The notes below the pieces were generated by a model. It was given only the letters and a program-made list of their open reading frames with translations, was not told where the DNA came from and ran no database searches. A stretch of 32,000 bases of DNA from Clostridiaceae bacterium (GTDB lineage: Bacteria; Bacillota; Clostridia; Saccharofermentanales; DTU023): assembly GCA_012799825.1 (NCBI GenBank), contig JAAZKK010000048.1, positions 34,909 through 66,908 on the forward strand, given 5' to 3'. Made by a program: the position numbers and the translations under genes. How positions within the stretch are numbered: position 1 is the stretch's first letter; each line of letters begins with the position of its first letter. This document shows, in pieces, positions 1 to 11,358 of this stretch.

Positions 1-521
1 GCGATCACAGTGGCACCCCAGAGCATCCCGATGATGCTTCCTCCCAGATGATTAAGCCATCCGACGATGGGCACGCCGTCGATCGCAGGTGTCAGCAATC
101 TTGCCGCAAATCCCAATATGATCCTAACAAATAGATAAATAATTGCCAACGCGAGTGCCGCCGACGCCAGCATCCAGAGAGCGTGAGCTGTATAGTCGAC
201 GACATCCACCTTGCTTCCCGTCTGAGTCTGCAGGATTGTGCGCGTCCAAGATTCGGGAATACCGATTTCCTCAAGGACGGGACCGATGGTGACCGCTGAC
301 GCCCTGCCTGTTTCATATATCCGATTGGTCACATTCTGCATAGTTGAGCTGAACAAGCCTTGTGATGTCAAAAAAAGTGAAAGAGGACGCACAAAGAGGA
401 ACGCGATACCAATTGAAATCAGCGAACTTAGGAAACTGACGGCAGAAAGAAGCAAACCTCGACGGTAGCCGAATATCGTCATCAGAACAATAATCGCAAC
501 TATAAATATATCGAGTTTCAA
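1..521 (-). CDS. CvpA-like (colicin V production family) membrane protein, partial at window edge
   Basis: Open frame running off the window edge, read by hand from a TTG start (521..519) with an upstream GGAG. Translation MKLDIFIVAIIVLMTIFGYRRGLLLSAVSFLSSLISIGIAFLF... has several hydrophobic segments and the 'D..I..I......RG' N-terminus typical of CvpA family proteins. Confidence 0.7.
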   Translation of the reverse strand, partial: MKLDIFIVAIIVLMTIFGYRRGLLLSAVSFLSSLISIGIAFLFVRPLSLFLTSQGLFSSTMQNVTNRIYETGRASAVTIGPVLEEIGIPESWTRTILQTQTGSKVDVVDYTAHALWMLASAALALAIIYLFVRIILGFAARLLTPAIDGVPIVGWLNHLGGSIIGMLWGATVI

Positions 522-577
522 AATGACTCCAACCTTTCAAGCCTTTTCAGCAGACCGTTTGTGTACTCGTCATGTGA

Positions 578-800
578 GCGGCATCGTCCTACGCGTGTGT
601 GAACGCATTTCAACTGCGACTATTAAAGGCAACACCGAGCGGCATCGTCCTACACGCATGTGAACGCATTTATCGGCAAATGCAAGTCCTTAAAAACACC
701 ATCCATTGTTTTATGCGCATGTGAACGCACTTTCATAGTCCAGCTGATAATCGACCAGAGCGACCATCGTTCTACGCGCATGTGAACGCACTCTTCTCGT
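578..800. repeat. Degenerate tandem repeat, 61 bp period, about 4 copies
   Basis: Core (T/C)AYRCGYRTGTGAACGCAYTT. GTGAAC occurs at 599, 660, 721 and 782 (exact 61 bp spacing). Copies at 578 and 638 also share GCGGCATCGTCCTAC. Confidence 0.75.
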
Positions 801-913
801 GCGGTAATCAAGCACGCTGTTTCCAGGGATCAGTTTAAGCGAAGCTGTTCAAGGAATCAAATCAAATCCTATATGCTGTGTTAAAATTTTACATAACCGA
901 AGACTGATCAACG

Positions 914-1492
914 ATGGAAGGACATTTTATGCTGCGCCATAATCTTCCCATAAACAAACTTATTTTGCTCTATATCATCGGTGAAGTACCGGGGATCCGA
1001 CGCGCCCAACTCGGTGACGCGGCGCTTGCGACACTTTCCATGGACTACTTTGAAATGGCGTCAGCGCTGGATGAGCTGATCAAAACGCGCCTTATTCATA
1101 TAGCCGCGCGTCGCGATGAAAAAACACTGGATGCTCATGAGCGCGAAGTGGAACGCTGCGATCTCACCACAGAAGGCCGCCTGGTACTCGACGTGCTGAA
1201 CGACCAAATTCCCGCATCGACCCGCCGATTCCTTACGAACTATCTTGAAAAAAATGCGCTGAAAAGACGAACTGAAGATCAAATCACCGCAACGGTCGAA
1301 GAAACTGCCGGCGGTATGTATCGGCTTATATGCCGAAACACCTCAAACGGCGATGATACATTTCTTTTGAAGATGACGTTTCCGTCAGAGGAGCTCGCAA
1401 AAGAGGCTGCGGCGACTTGGCGACACCGCTACGATGATATATTGACAATGCTTTTAGAAGCATTTTCTGAAGGCCGTAACAAAAAACAGTAG
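914..1492 (+). CDS. DUF4364 family protein
   Basis: 192 aa ORF. Translation MLRHNLPINKLILLYIIGEVPG...ALDELIKTRLIHIA...LTTEGR...L resembles the winged-helix-like DUF4364 family. Confidence 0.75.
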   Translation: MEGHFMLRHNLPINKLILLYIIGEVPGIRRAQLGDAALATLSMDYFEMASALDELIKTRLIHIAARRDEKTLDAHEREVERCDLTTEGRLVLDVLNDQIPASTRRFLTNYLEKNALKRRTEDQITATVEETAGGMYRLICRNTSNGDDTFLLKMTFPSEELAKEAAATWRHRYDDILTMLLEAFSEGRNKKQ

Positions 1493-1642
1493 AGGCTTTG
1501 CTCACCGATATATTTTTTAAAATTGCGTTTGTTCAGATATAAAGAATAAACGCTTTTTCATTTATGCCTTTCTAACATGTTTTCCAAAAAGCACATGCAT
1601 CCGAAGGGTGGCATGAATGAAAAAGCGTCCGTGTCTTCTTTC

Positions 1643-1807
1643 TTAGTCCTCTATAGGTGAAAAATCGTCTTTGCCTACACTGCATACCGGGCAAACCCAG
1701 TCATCCGGCAGATCTTCAAAGGCTACACCGGGCTCAATTCCTGCATCAGGATCACCGACTTCGGGATCGTACACATAACCGCAAATGTCACATACGTATT
1801 CTTTCAT
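1643..1807 (-). CDS. Rubredoxin
   Basis: [54 protein letters not shown] contains both CxxCG/CPxC iron-binding motifs. Start placed at the internal Met (1807). Confidence 0.95.
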   Translation of the reverse strand: MKEYVCDICGYVYDPEVGDPDAGIEPGVAFEDLPDDWVCPVCSVGKDDFSPIED

Positions 1808-2205
1808 TGCTGTTTCTCTTTCTTTCATCATGCGCATCTTTCATCTATTTTGATGAGGCAATTCATGTTCGTTTTCTATCGCACATTCTGCAAAAGTCAA
1901 CGAATCCGTTCTTGTTCGGCAAACACCGACGTCGACAAAGAAGGTTTCTAATTGTATTCATCCTGTATCCGACGTCGAACAATGCCGTAGTTTTTCATTT
2001 GACATTTTCATGTGACGGAAACGACGGTATTTGTCGCCGCTCTATTACCGGCACCGTGCAATGCCAAGGCTCATCACCAAGACGTTTTCCCAAACAAGGA
2101 TAACGTCTTAGCTGGCAATCATTATACATGAATCTATACGAAGTCTATTCAGGATGAAAATAGAATATAGATAGAATGTCTGAAAAAAGAAGAGAAACAG
2201 AATGT

Positions 2206-3480
<1,275 letters not shown>

Positions 3481-3529
3481 TCAAGTCGGTTCTTAAAAAA
3501 GAATTTAAGCGTTTCCTGTAACGTTCGTG

Positions 3530-3814
3530 TTATGCCTCAACGGGATAAACGCTCGCGCACCTCTTCGTCCGGGATACGCGCTCAAAACGAACGGTGCCGT
3601 CAACTTTTGCGTACAGCGTGTCATCTTTACCTATGCCGACATTGCGACCCGGATGAATTTTCGTGCCGCGCTGACGGTAAATGATGCTCCCCGCCGTGCA
3701 GAATTGGCCATCCGCTAACTTGGCACCAAGGCGCTTCGCGCGTGAATCGCGTCCGTTGCGTGTACTCCCCATGCCCATTTTGTGAGCAAGAAGCTGTAAA
3801 TTAACTTTAATCAT
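3530..3814 (-). CDS. rpmA: 50S ribosomal protein L27
   Basis: [69 protein letters not shown]. Canonical L27 with an N-terminal extension. Confidence 0.98.
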   Translation of the reverse strand: MIKVNLQLLAHKMGMGSTRNGRDSRAKRLGAKLADGQFCTAGSIIYRQRGTKIHPGRNVGIGKDDTLYAKVDGTVRFERVSRTKRCASVYPVEA

Positions 3815-3861
3815 GGTTATCCTCCCCTTTGATAACGCGCCGGTCTGGAACGCGCGCGGTA

Positions 3862-4191
3862 TTACTCATCAATTACGGTCAAATACGTCTTACCGTAGCT
3901 GTCCTGAATTTGTATACATCCAATGCGTACCGACTCCATAAGTGAAGAGCCGATGAGTGCGTGTTCGGCGTCTTCCGGATATGTCACGTGACAAGCGATG
4001 TGGCCGTCATCCAGACGATAATCGGGATTCATGGCCGCAAGCTCTTGCAAACTTCCGATCGCCGTCTGGGCAATGGCCGATACGCCGGCACAAACAATGT
4101 CCTGTCCACTCGTTGCATACCCGGAATGACCGGTCATGGCAAACGATACAATCCGTCCGCAGTCGTCACGCTGAAAAGCCGCGCGGATCAT
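3862..4191 (-). CDS. prp: Ribosomal-processing cysteine protease Prp
   Basis: [48 protein letters not shown]... has the conserved GHSGYA and D(I)VCAGVSA (His/Cys) motifs, and lies between rplU and rpmA. Start placed at the internal Met rather than the ORF-track Met at 4314. Confidence 0.93.
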   Translation of the reverse strand: MIRAAFQRDDCGRIVSFAMTGHSGYATSGQDIVCAGVSAIAQTAIGSLQELAAMNPDYRLDDGHIACHVTYPEDAEHALIGSSLMESVRIGCIQIQDSYGKTYLTVIDE

Positions 4192-4198
4192 TCGACCT

Positions 4199-4516
4199 TC
4201 AGCCTTCGATCGCCTCAATGCGCACGCGCGTGTACGGCTGTCTGTGCCCCATCTTACGACGATATTGCTTCTTGGGCTTGTACTTGAAGACGACAATCTT
4301 CTTGCCGCGCCCATGTTTCACAATTTTGCCCCTCACGACGGCACCTTCAAGGATCGGCGTTCCCGTACGGAGCGATTTGCCGTCCGATACGGCAAGAACA
4401 TCAGTAAACTCGACATCGCTGTCAGGCTCACCCTCAATCGTCTCGATAAAAATCTCATCTCCTTCAGACACGCGGTACTGTTTCCCTCCGGTCTGAATAA
4501 TGGCATAGCTAGTCAT
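4199..4516 (-). CDS. rplU: 50S ribosomal protein L21
   Basis: 105 aa, [25 protein letters not shown]...[27 protein letters not shown], canonical L21. Confidence 0.98.
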   Translation of the reverse strand: MTSYAIIQTGGKQYRVSEGDEIFIETIEGEPDSDVEFTDVLAVSDGKSLRTGTPILEGAVVRGKIVKHGRGKKIVVFKYKPKKQYRRKMGHRQPYTRVRIEAIEG

Positions 4517-4605
4517 GCGGTCACTCCTTATTTCTCAGTCTCGCCCAACGAAGGCTGGCGCCTGATTGCGCCATTAACAGGCCCCGCCAGAGCGGTCGCC
4601 GGATT
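4517..4605 (-). promoter_or_regulatory. 5' UTR of rplU, candidate ribosomal protein L21 leader RNA
   Basis: GC-rich structured untranslated region between the predicted promoter and rplU (minus strand GGCGACCGCTCTGGCGGGGCCTGTTAATGGCGCAATCAGGCGCCAGCC...). L21 leaders are known in Firmicutes at this position. No covariance search was run. Confidence 0.5.
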
Positions 4606-4635
4606 ATGATACGACAGACCGACGTCAAGTGTCAA
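4606..4635 (-). promoter_or_regulatory. Sigma-70 type promoter for rplU-prp-rpmA-obgE
   Basis: Minus strand TTGACA (4635..4630), 18 nt spacer, TATCAT (4611..4606). Confidence 0.65.
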
Positions 4636-4646
4636 ATGCTAAATTA

Positions 4647-4800
4647 CCAAGCCGACCACTGAACCACTGACCGACCAATACCAACCAATGCCGACCAAGC
4701 AGCCCAAGCCGTCACTGACCACTGAGAGCACTGTGCCGACCACTGACCACCGTTGAGTCGACCACTGACCACTGACAAGCTGAAAACCGACAGACTAACA
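4647..4800. repeat. Low-complexity (GACCACTGA/CCGACCAA)n repeat tract
   Basis: Repeated CCGACCA, GACCACTGA and CACTGACC words throughout 4652-4776, upstream of the rplU promoter. Confidence 0.7.
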
Positions 4801-4907
4801 GTAACCTGAATATTAAAAGATCACTTCCAGCGTTACCCACAATTCCTAGCGGACAATTTTTTGATTTTATTTAAAAAAATAAATTCGCATCCGATAAAAG
4901 AAAGTGT

Positions 4908-5300
4908 TTTTCCTAAACCGTCTAAGAAATTGACTGCGAATTGCGGCAAAAAGAACGATTTTTCTAAATTAACTGAAAAATTGACCTCTGCTACGAAATC
5001 GGAAATAACAGTTTTTCTAAACTATCTAAAAAATTGGCCAAAGCTCTAGCCGTGAAGAGCAGCTTTTCTAAAATAACTGAAAATTTGGCCAAAGCTCTAG
5101 CCGTGCAGGGCAGTTCTTCTAAAATAACCGAGAAATTGACCAACGCGCCCACTGTGCAAGGCAGCTCTTCTAAAATAACTGAAAAGTTGGCCAATGCTCA
5201 TGCCGAGTCAGACCGTTTTTCTTTATTAATTGAAAAATTGGCAGCCATTCTCGCCGAGTGAGACAGTTTTTCGAAATTTATTGAAAAACTGGCTATGAGG
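4908..5300. repeat. Tandem array, 51 bp unit, about 8 copies
   Basis: Consensus near GCAGTTTTTCTAAAATAACTGAAAAATTGGCCAAAGCTCTAGCCGTG. The CT of the core occurs at 4914, 4965, 5018, 5069, 5120, 5171, 5222 and 5273 (core position), i.e. spacing 51,53,51,51,51,51,51. Confidence 0.92.
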
Positions 5301-5315
5301 CTTGCCATAACTAGG

Positions 5316-7256
5316 CTAATCTGCTGACGGCTCGCCTTCTTCTAATAACGAAAAATACGATTTATAAAGTTGTTCGAGTTCTGAAAGCAAATTGGCGTAG
5401 TCTTCGTAGTCTTCCGGCGTATGTGTCGTAAGATCGACATTTTCAAATGCGTCGCGCTCGTTTTCATGCGAGTGAATCGCTTCCTCAAGAGCAGCAACGC
5501 GCTGTCGGTATGCTGCGCGCGCTCGTCGCAGTTCTGCAGGATTCATTGAACGCTTATTATCGTCGTTTTGCACATCCCGACGATGTATCGTATTGTCCGA
5601 GAAGGACTCTTTTTCCTCCGAAGATGACGATACATCCGTCTGATCGGCACGCAAATCCATGACCGCGTCGCGCCAGTCTTTATACCGATCAAAGGGGAGA
5701 ATAGATGTCCCGACAAAGCCCAAAACACGCGTCGACGCAGCTTGGATGAAGGCGCGATCGTGACTTACGACAATCACGGCACCCTTGAATGAAGTCAGCG
5801 CCTCTTCCAGAAGATGGCGCGATTCAATATCGAGGTGGTTGGTGGGTTCGTCAAGCACCATCAGATCCGGCGCCTGCTCGAGTAGGGAGCACAAGTTGAG
5901 GCGATGGCGCTCCCCGCCCGATAGCGACTCAATACGTTTGATCATCGATTCTTCACGAAAACCGTACTGCGCGAGGCGTGAGCGTATCGCCGTTTCTGTT
6001 CGGGGAAATGATTTTGCAAGCCACGCGTATACGGTCAACGACTCGTCGTCAAAGGTCACCGTCTGCCCCATAAACGCCATGCTTGGATCGCCGTAAAGTC
6101 GAATATGGCCTTCATCCGCTTCACGACTGCCAAGCAAAATATGCAAAAGACTCGTCTTCCCACATCCGTTCGATCCGAGAAGAGCGACTCTATCCTGCGC
6201 GCGAATATGAAATGAAACATCGCGGAACAACGTCCGATCATAAACAAGCGACAGATTCTCTACTTCAAGGAGCACGCGGTTCATATCTTTTTTATCCGAA
6301 GAAGAAACGATCGAAAAAGACATCCTGCGCTTCGGGTTTTTATGGTCGCGCAACACCTGCATTTCATCTTTCAACTTCCGTACGACTTTTTCCCTTGAAT
6401 GGTAAGAGTTCATTTTCCGGTGCGACAACATCGTCTGAGTTACAGCCTCTTGCCGCTTGATCTCCGTTTCAAGCCGCTCCAATGTCCGGTAACGATTCTC
6501 CTCGATCGCACGTTTCTGCTCGCGCGATGCTGAATAATTGCCCTGATAGACATAGAGCTTGCAGCCTTCAAGTTCGAAAATGCTGGTGCACACATGGTCA
6601 AGGAACCAGCGGTCATGCGACACGATCATCATGGTGACGTTTGTGGATACAAGATGTGTTTGAAGCCATTCCAATCCATCCAAATCGAGGTGGTTCGTCG
6701 GTTCGTCGAACAACATGAGATCACTTTTTTGAAGAAGAAAGCGCCCAAGCGCGACACGCATTTTCTCCCCGCCGGACAGCGTTTCGTAGGGTTGTTCCAT
6801 TTGTTCATTAGAAAGACCGAGGCCTGCCAGCGTCCGGGCAAGCCTTGCGCGATAATCATAGACGCCGGATGCTTCGTATGCATTCTGCACACAGCTGTAT
6901 GCTTTGGCCGCATCTATTAGAGCATCGCCCCCTAGTCGTTCCATATCGCGTTCGAGCGTTTTCATCCGGTGTTCCATCTCTGTAAAGCGCGTATTTTCTA
7001 ACACATCGGATGTCCCCAAATCAACAGCGAGGGGACGCTGATCGAGATAGGAAACGAGAAGCGATGACGCTCTCGAGATCGTTCCTATGTCCGGCTGAAT
7101 AATGCCGCGAATGATCCCCATCAACGTTGTCTTTCCTGAACCGTTGATGCCCGTAAGACCGATGCGATCGCCGCGTTCAATCGAAAAAGAGAGATCGTCT
7201 AACACGGTACGCCCCTGATACGCTTTTGAAATATGTCGCGCAACGACAAGACTCAT
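5316..7256 (-). CDS. ABC-F family ATP-binding protein (duplicated ATPase, no TM)
   Basis: 646 aa with two Walker A motifs (GINGSGKTT, GSNGCGKTS), two signature motifs (LSGGEKMR, LSGGERHR), two DEPTNHLD motifs and a C-terminal coiled coil. Confidence 0.95.
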   Translation of the reverse strand: MSLVVARHISKAYQGRTVLDDLSFSIERGDRIGLTGINGSGKTTLMGIIRGIIQPDIGTISRASSLLVSYLDQRPLAVDLGTSDVLENTRFTEMEHRMKTLERDMERLGGDALIDAAKAYSCVQNAYEASGVYDYRARLARTLAGLGLSNEQMEQPYETLSGGEKMRVALGRFLLQKSDLMLFDEPTNHLDLDGLEWLQTHLVSTNVTMMIVSHDRWFLDHVCTSIFELEGCKLYVYQGNYSASREQKRAIEENRYRTLERLETEIKRQEAVTQTMLSHRKMNSYHSREKVVRKLKDEMQVLRDHKNPKRRMSFSIVSSSDKKDMNRVLLEVENLSLVYDRTLFRDVSFHIRAQDRVALLGSNGCGKTSLLHILLGSREADEGHIRLYGDPSMAFMGQTVTFDDESLTVYAWLAKSFPRTETAIRSRLAQYGFREESMIKRIESLSGGERHRLNLCSLLEQAPDLMVLDEPTNHLDIESRHLLEEALTSFKGAVIVVSHDRAFIQAASTRVLGFVGTSILPFDRYKDWRDAVMDLRADQTDVSSSSEEKESFSDNTIHRRDVQNDDNKRSMNPAELRRARAAYRQRVAALEEAIHSHENERDAFENVDLTTHTPEDYEDYANLLSELEQLYKSYFSLLEEGEPSAD

Positions 7257-7576
7257 AAAAAGCCACCCTCAATAGTAAATCGCAACCGCGTCGTATTATC
7301 GCACACTTAAGAAAAGCAAGCTACTCTCAAGACCTTGTTTTATCTACACAGCACCCAATCAATTAATATCAAAACAAAGTGAACATCGTGGATATGGCGG
7401 CCGCCCATTTACACTTTTTCTCAGCGTATGATGTTCAATCATCAACATGGGACAACACGACATGATTGGTAAATTAGTCGCGGGAAAGGAATGACGATCA
7501 ACTAGCAACATGAGCTGATGCCACGTGATAAAATAAGATAAACTAGATTTCTCTAGGAGAAAGTGAGCCACACATC

Positions 7577-9136
7577 GTGAAACTGTTGCCATCTTTTGAA
7601 GATCCAGACGTCATCCGCATTGATCGCTTAACGTCCGAACACGTTGCAGGCGAAAAGCTGCCCGAATACGATGCTATAGCCGCTGCCATCGCACCCGGTA
7701 AAACCATCTTTTTCATCGGCATCGCCGGCATCAGTGTGAGCGGACTTGCCGAGTACGCGAGTCGCCAAGGCATCCGATGTGCCGGCTCTGATCCCTCGGA
7801 AAACACACGAACGGCTTATCTTCAGAAAAAGGGCATCCTTGTATTTCACAAACACGATGCATCTAATATCGACCAGATTAAGCCGGATCTTGTCGTCTAT
7901 TCAAACGCTGTCTCAGCGGACAACCCTGAACGGGTTCGCGCCGCAAAACTCGACATCCCGTGCGTAAATCGTTCTGTTTTCCTTGGCACCATCGGCCGCA
8001 TGTTCCGCCGCGCCATCCACATTACCGGCACAAACGGCAAGACCACCACGACGGCCATGTGCGCATTGATGTTGTTGGAAGCAAAACTCGATCCTATGGT
8101 TCATCTCGGTGCTGAGTTCAGAGAATTCCGTTCCACCATTCGCTTTAGCGAATCAGATAATCAAGAACTCTTCCTTTCAGAAGCCTGTGAATATCAGCGC
8201 GGTTTTTACCACTATGAAGGCACCGCCATAGCGATCCTTAATATTGTGCACGACCACATTGACAGCTTTCCTACAATCGACGATATGATCGACGCATTCG
8301 CGCGTTTCGCCGCCTTACAACCGGAAAACACTTACGTTCTCGTGCCTTCAGACGATCCGCACATCCCTGCCATGATGCGCCGTTTGGAAGAAGTACGACC
8401 CGGCCATTCTAAAAAGCTCTACTGGCTTTGGTTTGGACCTGAAGGCGCCAAGAAGCCCTGTGGCGCGCCCGCAGATTTTACTTATCGCATCACCTCTTAT
8501 GACGATTCAGGTCATCCGTCATTTCAACTTTACAAGAACGGCTCACTTTTCACCTCAGCAAAGCTCTCCGTCATTGGCGAATTCAACGTTAAAAATGCCG
8601 TCGCAGCAGCCGCGCTTGCCGACCTTGCGGGTGCGACGCCGGACAACATTCGTATCGCTTGCGAAAAGTTTCAGGGAGCGGAAGGTCGATTCACACATAC
8701 GGGACGCTTCAACGGTGCCGATATCTACGTTGATTACGCGCATCATCCATCGGCTGTCGAGGTAACCGTCAAAGCCATAAAGAATATGCCGGCAAAACGT
8801 TTTTGGATATGCTTTCAGCCCATGACCTACAGTCGCACTCTCGGCTTCTTTGACGCCTTCGTAGAGTCTTTGTACAAGATCCGGCCTGTCTTGATCTCGG
8901 AAGTATTCGATAACCGCGAGAAGAACGCCACCGTCAGCTCAAAAGACATGTGCGATCGCATCAACGAACTCGGTGGCGATGCCCGCTATTTCGAAACCAA
9001 TGAAGCGCTCGAAGCTTACCTTCGCCGCGTTATCGAGCCGGATGATGTTGTCCTCATCATGGGTGGCGGCACGAACATCCTCGAAGTCGGTGATCGCCTG
9101 ACCGGACGAAGCGATCACATGGCGCCTGTTCTCTAA
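7577..9136 (+). CDS. murC: UDP-N-acetylmuramate--L-alanine ligase
   Basis: 519 aa Mur ligase with N-terminal FIGIAGISVSGLAEYASRQG, P-loop ITGTNGKTTTTAM, and YVDYAHHPSAVEVTVKAIK. Confidence 0.9.
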   Translation: MKLLPSFEDPDVIRIDRLTSEHVAGEKLPEYDAIAAAIAPGKTIFFIGIAGISVSGLAEYASRQGIRCAGSDPSENTRTAYLQKKGILVFHKHDASNIDQIKPDLVVYSNAVSADNPERVRAAKLDIPCVNRSVFLGTIGRMFRRAIHITGTNGKTTTTAMCALMLLEAKLDPMVHLGAEFREFRSTIRFSESDNQELFLSEACEYQRGFYHYEGTAIAILNIVHDHIDSFPTIDDMIDAFARFAALQPENTYVLVPSDDPHIPAMMRRLEEVRPGHSKKLYWLWFGPEGAKKPCGAPADFTYRITSYDDSGHPSFQLYKNGSLFTSAKLSVIGEFNVKNAVAAAALADLAGATPDNIRIACEKFQGAEGRFTHTGRFNGADIYVDYAHHPSAVEVTVKAIKNMPAKRFWICFQPMTYSRTLGFFDAFVESLYKIRPVLISEVFDNREKNATVSSKDMCDRINELGGDARYFETNEALEAYLRRVIEPDDVVLIMGGGTNILEVGDRLTGRSDHMAPVL

Positions 9137-9141
9137 TAATT

Positions 9142-9165
9142 GAAGGTCGCCCGAAAGCGACCTTC
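9142..9165. terminator. Perfect inverted repeat between convergent murC and ftsH
   Basis: GAAGGTCGC-CCGAAA-GCGACCTTC, 9 bp stem, just after the murC stop. It lacks a good U-tract. Confidence 0.4.
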
Positions 9166-9425
9166 TCGACATTTAGATAGTATTAATAATTTTCTTTGCG
9201 GCGTGAATTGCCATCAAAAACCTCATATTCAAGAAGATTTTCGTGCTGTTACCTTCCTTATATCGCATGACTTGTTAATCGAAATGACCCTACTTACATC
9301 TACTCGCCCGTACTTGGACTGGGAAGAAACTCTTAAGAATTAGGAAATAGTAAATGGATCAGCATCATGCTCCTTTGCACTGAGAAGTGCTAAAATACGC
9401 TACGTTGAATGTACGAGAACACAGT

Positions 9426-11297
9426 TTACTCACCTACACCGGGAAGCGGCTTCGGATTTGTTGCGTATTGCTGATAAAATTCCTCAAAATCGTCGCCTTC
9501 GATTTTTTCTTTCTCGAGTAATACATTCGCCAATTGATCCAATAATGTGCGATTGTCCTTCAACACGTCGAGCGTGTCTTTATAGGCTTTTTCGAGAATC
9601 AGGGATACTTCTTCATCGATGGCCGACTGCATTGCGTCACTGTGATTCTGAACGTGACCGTAGTCGCGACCGACAAAGATTTCTTTGTCATCCGTGCTCA
9701 CGAAATTGCCGAGCCGTTCGCTCATACCGTATTTGGTCACCATATCGCGCGCGACTTGGTTGCACTCTTTGAGATCAGCGCTCGCACCTGTACTGATTTC
9801 GTTGAAAATCACTTGCTCTGCAGCGCGCCCGCCCAACGCCACCATGATCTCCGTCTCAAGCTGAGATTTGGTCTTGAAGTACATATCCTCATTCGGTTTA
9901 AACGCCGTGTAGCCGCCGGCGCCGCCCGCAGGAATGATCGAGACGCGCTCTACACGGTCAGTGTCTGATTTTTCTCTCAAGACAATCGCATGACCAGACT
10001 CATGATATGCCGTAAGTTCGCGCTCTTTCTTGTTGATGACGCGGCTCTTTTTCTCTGGACCGATCGTCACCTTAAACACCGCCTCCGAAATATCGGAATA
10101 ATGTATTTTATTATCGTTTCTTCGGGCGGCAAGCAACGCCGCTTCGTTGAGAAGGTTTTCAAGATCAGCACCGGTAAAACCGGGCGTAATTTTTGCGATC
10201 TCGCCGAGATCGACGTCGTCGGCAAATGGCTTATTGCGTGCATGAACTTCGAGGATTTCTTTTCTGCCTTTTATATCAGGCCGCATCACAAAAACGCGAC
10301 GGTCAAAGCGTCCCGGGCGCAACAGCGCACCATCGAGGATGTCAGGGCGGTTAGTCGCCGCCAAAACGATCACACCTTCATTAGGTCCAAAGCCGTCCAT
10401 CTCAACCAGCAATTGGTTCAGCGTCTGTTCACGTTCATCGTGTCCACCGCCGAGACCTGCGCCGCGATGGCGACCGACCGCGTCGATTTCATCGATAAAG
10501 ACAATGCACGGCGCTTTTTTCTTCGCGTTTTGAAAAAGGTTGCGCACGCGCGACGCGCCGACGCCGACAAACATCTCTACAAAATCTGATCCGCTGATGG
10601 AAAAGAACGGCACTTTCGCTTCTCCGGCAACGGCTCTGGCAAGGAGCGTCTTACCTGTCCCCGGCGGGCCGACAAGTAGAATGCCCGTCGGAATCTTCGC
10701 GCCAAGATCCTGATATTTTTTCGGATTTTTCAAGAAATCGACAACTTCCTGCAGTTCCTCTTTTTCCTCTTCGGCACCGGCAACGTCGTCAAATGTGACC
10801 TTATTTTTCTCAGGATCGGCCAGCTGCGCACGACTCTTGCCAAACGACATAGCTGTACGTCCGTCACTGTCTCGCCTTGAGTAAGAGATGAAAACGAAAA
10901 CGCCTAGAGAAACCATCATCAAAAGGAGGATGATCCCGTTCAGGATACTGCCTATGTCGGTCGGCCTGTGGTAATCAAAAGACTTGATTTCGCCTTTGCT
11001 CTGTGCCGTCCGAAGCATCTTCAGATAATCGGGTATGGCATCGGCAGGAATCTCTTTTTTAATCTGATATGCGCTTCCGGCTTTGACGGCTCGGTCAGTC
11101 ATTTCCAGCACCAAACTGGAACCGTCCATCGTGACCGAGTGGACATCTCCGCTTTGGATTAACTGTTCAACTTCGTAAAGAGTCGTTTGTTTCTGGCGGT
11201 CACCGCGCGACATAAAAAAGGTAACGGCCAGAATGATGATCATCATGACGATGTAGAACGAAAATCCACTGTATCGACGTGGTTTTTGGGTATTCAT
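9426..11297 (-). CDS. ftsH: ATP-dependent zinc metalloprotease FtsH
   Basis: 623 aa. N-terminal TMs, GPPGTGKT Walker A, SRH region [25 protein letters not shown] zinc motif. Confidence 0.98.
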   Translation of the reverse strand: MNTQKPRRYSGFSFYIVMMIIILAVTFFMSRGDRQKQTTLYEVEQLIQSGDVHSVTMDGSSLVLEMTDRAVKAGSAYQIKKEIPADAIPDYLKMLRTAQSKGEIKSFDYHRPTDIGSILNGIILLLMMVSLGVFVFISYSRRDSDGRTAMSFGKSRAQLADPEKNKVTFDDVAGAEEEKEELQEVVDFLKNPKKYQDLGAKIPTGILLVGPPGTGKTLLARAVAGEAKVPFFSISGSDFVEMFVGVGASRVRNLFQNAKKKAPCIVFIDEIDAVGRHRGAGLGGGHDEREQTLNQLLVEMDGFGPNEGVIVLAATNRPDILDGALLRPGRFDRRVFVMRPDIKGRKEILEVHARNKPFADDVDLGEIAKITPGFTGADLENLLNEAALLAARRNDNKIHYSDISEAVFKVTIGPEKKSRVINKKERELTAYHESGHAIVLREKSDTDRVERVSIIPAGGAGGYTAFKPNEDMYFKTKSQLETEIMVALGGRAAEQVIFNEISTGASADLKECNQVARDMVTKYGMSERLGNFVSTDDKEIFVGRDYGHVQNHSDAMQSAIDEEVSLILEKAYKDTLDVLKDNRTLLDQLANVLLEKEKIEGDDFEEFYQQYATNPKPLPGVGE

Positions 11298-11358
11298 TCG
11301 ACGTTTTCTATTCCTTGTTGTTTATATTATGTATTTTCTATAATCGATCATATATCGA

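Noticed and set aside
1657-2103. 148 aa + strand ORF as a coding gene
   Set aside because: Overlaps the rubredoxin gene in antisense and has no recognisable motif.
4991-5261. ORFs 4991..5194 (-) and 5034..5261 (+) as small repeat proteins
   Set aside because: Both strands are open simply because a 51-bp (multiple of 3) tandem repeat lacks stops. No RBS, no conserved family, and the repeats degrade across the array.
4908-5300. Possible CRISPR array (regular direct repeats with intervening sequence)
   Set aside because: The period is 51 bp, but the intervening sequence is itself repeated between units (CCAAAGCTCTAGCCGTG), repeats are degenerate, and no cas genes are present. The same holds for 29439-29775.
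5316-7256. ABC-F gene as a specific antibiotic-resistance determinant
   Set aside because: ABC-F proteins include resistance and housekeeping members. Nothing in the sequence alone assigns it to a resistance subgroup.
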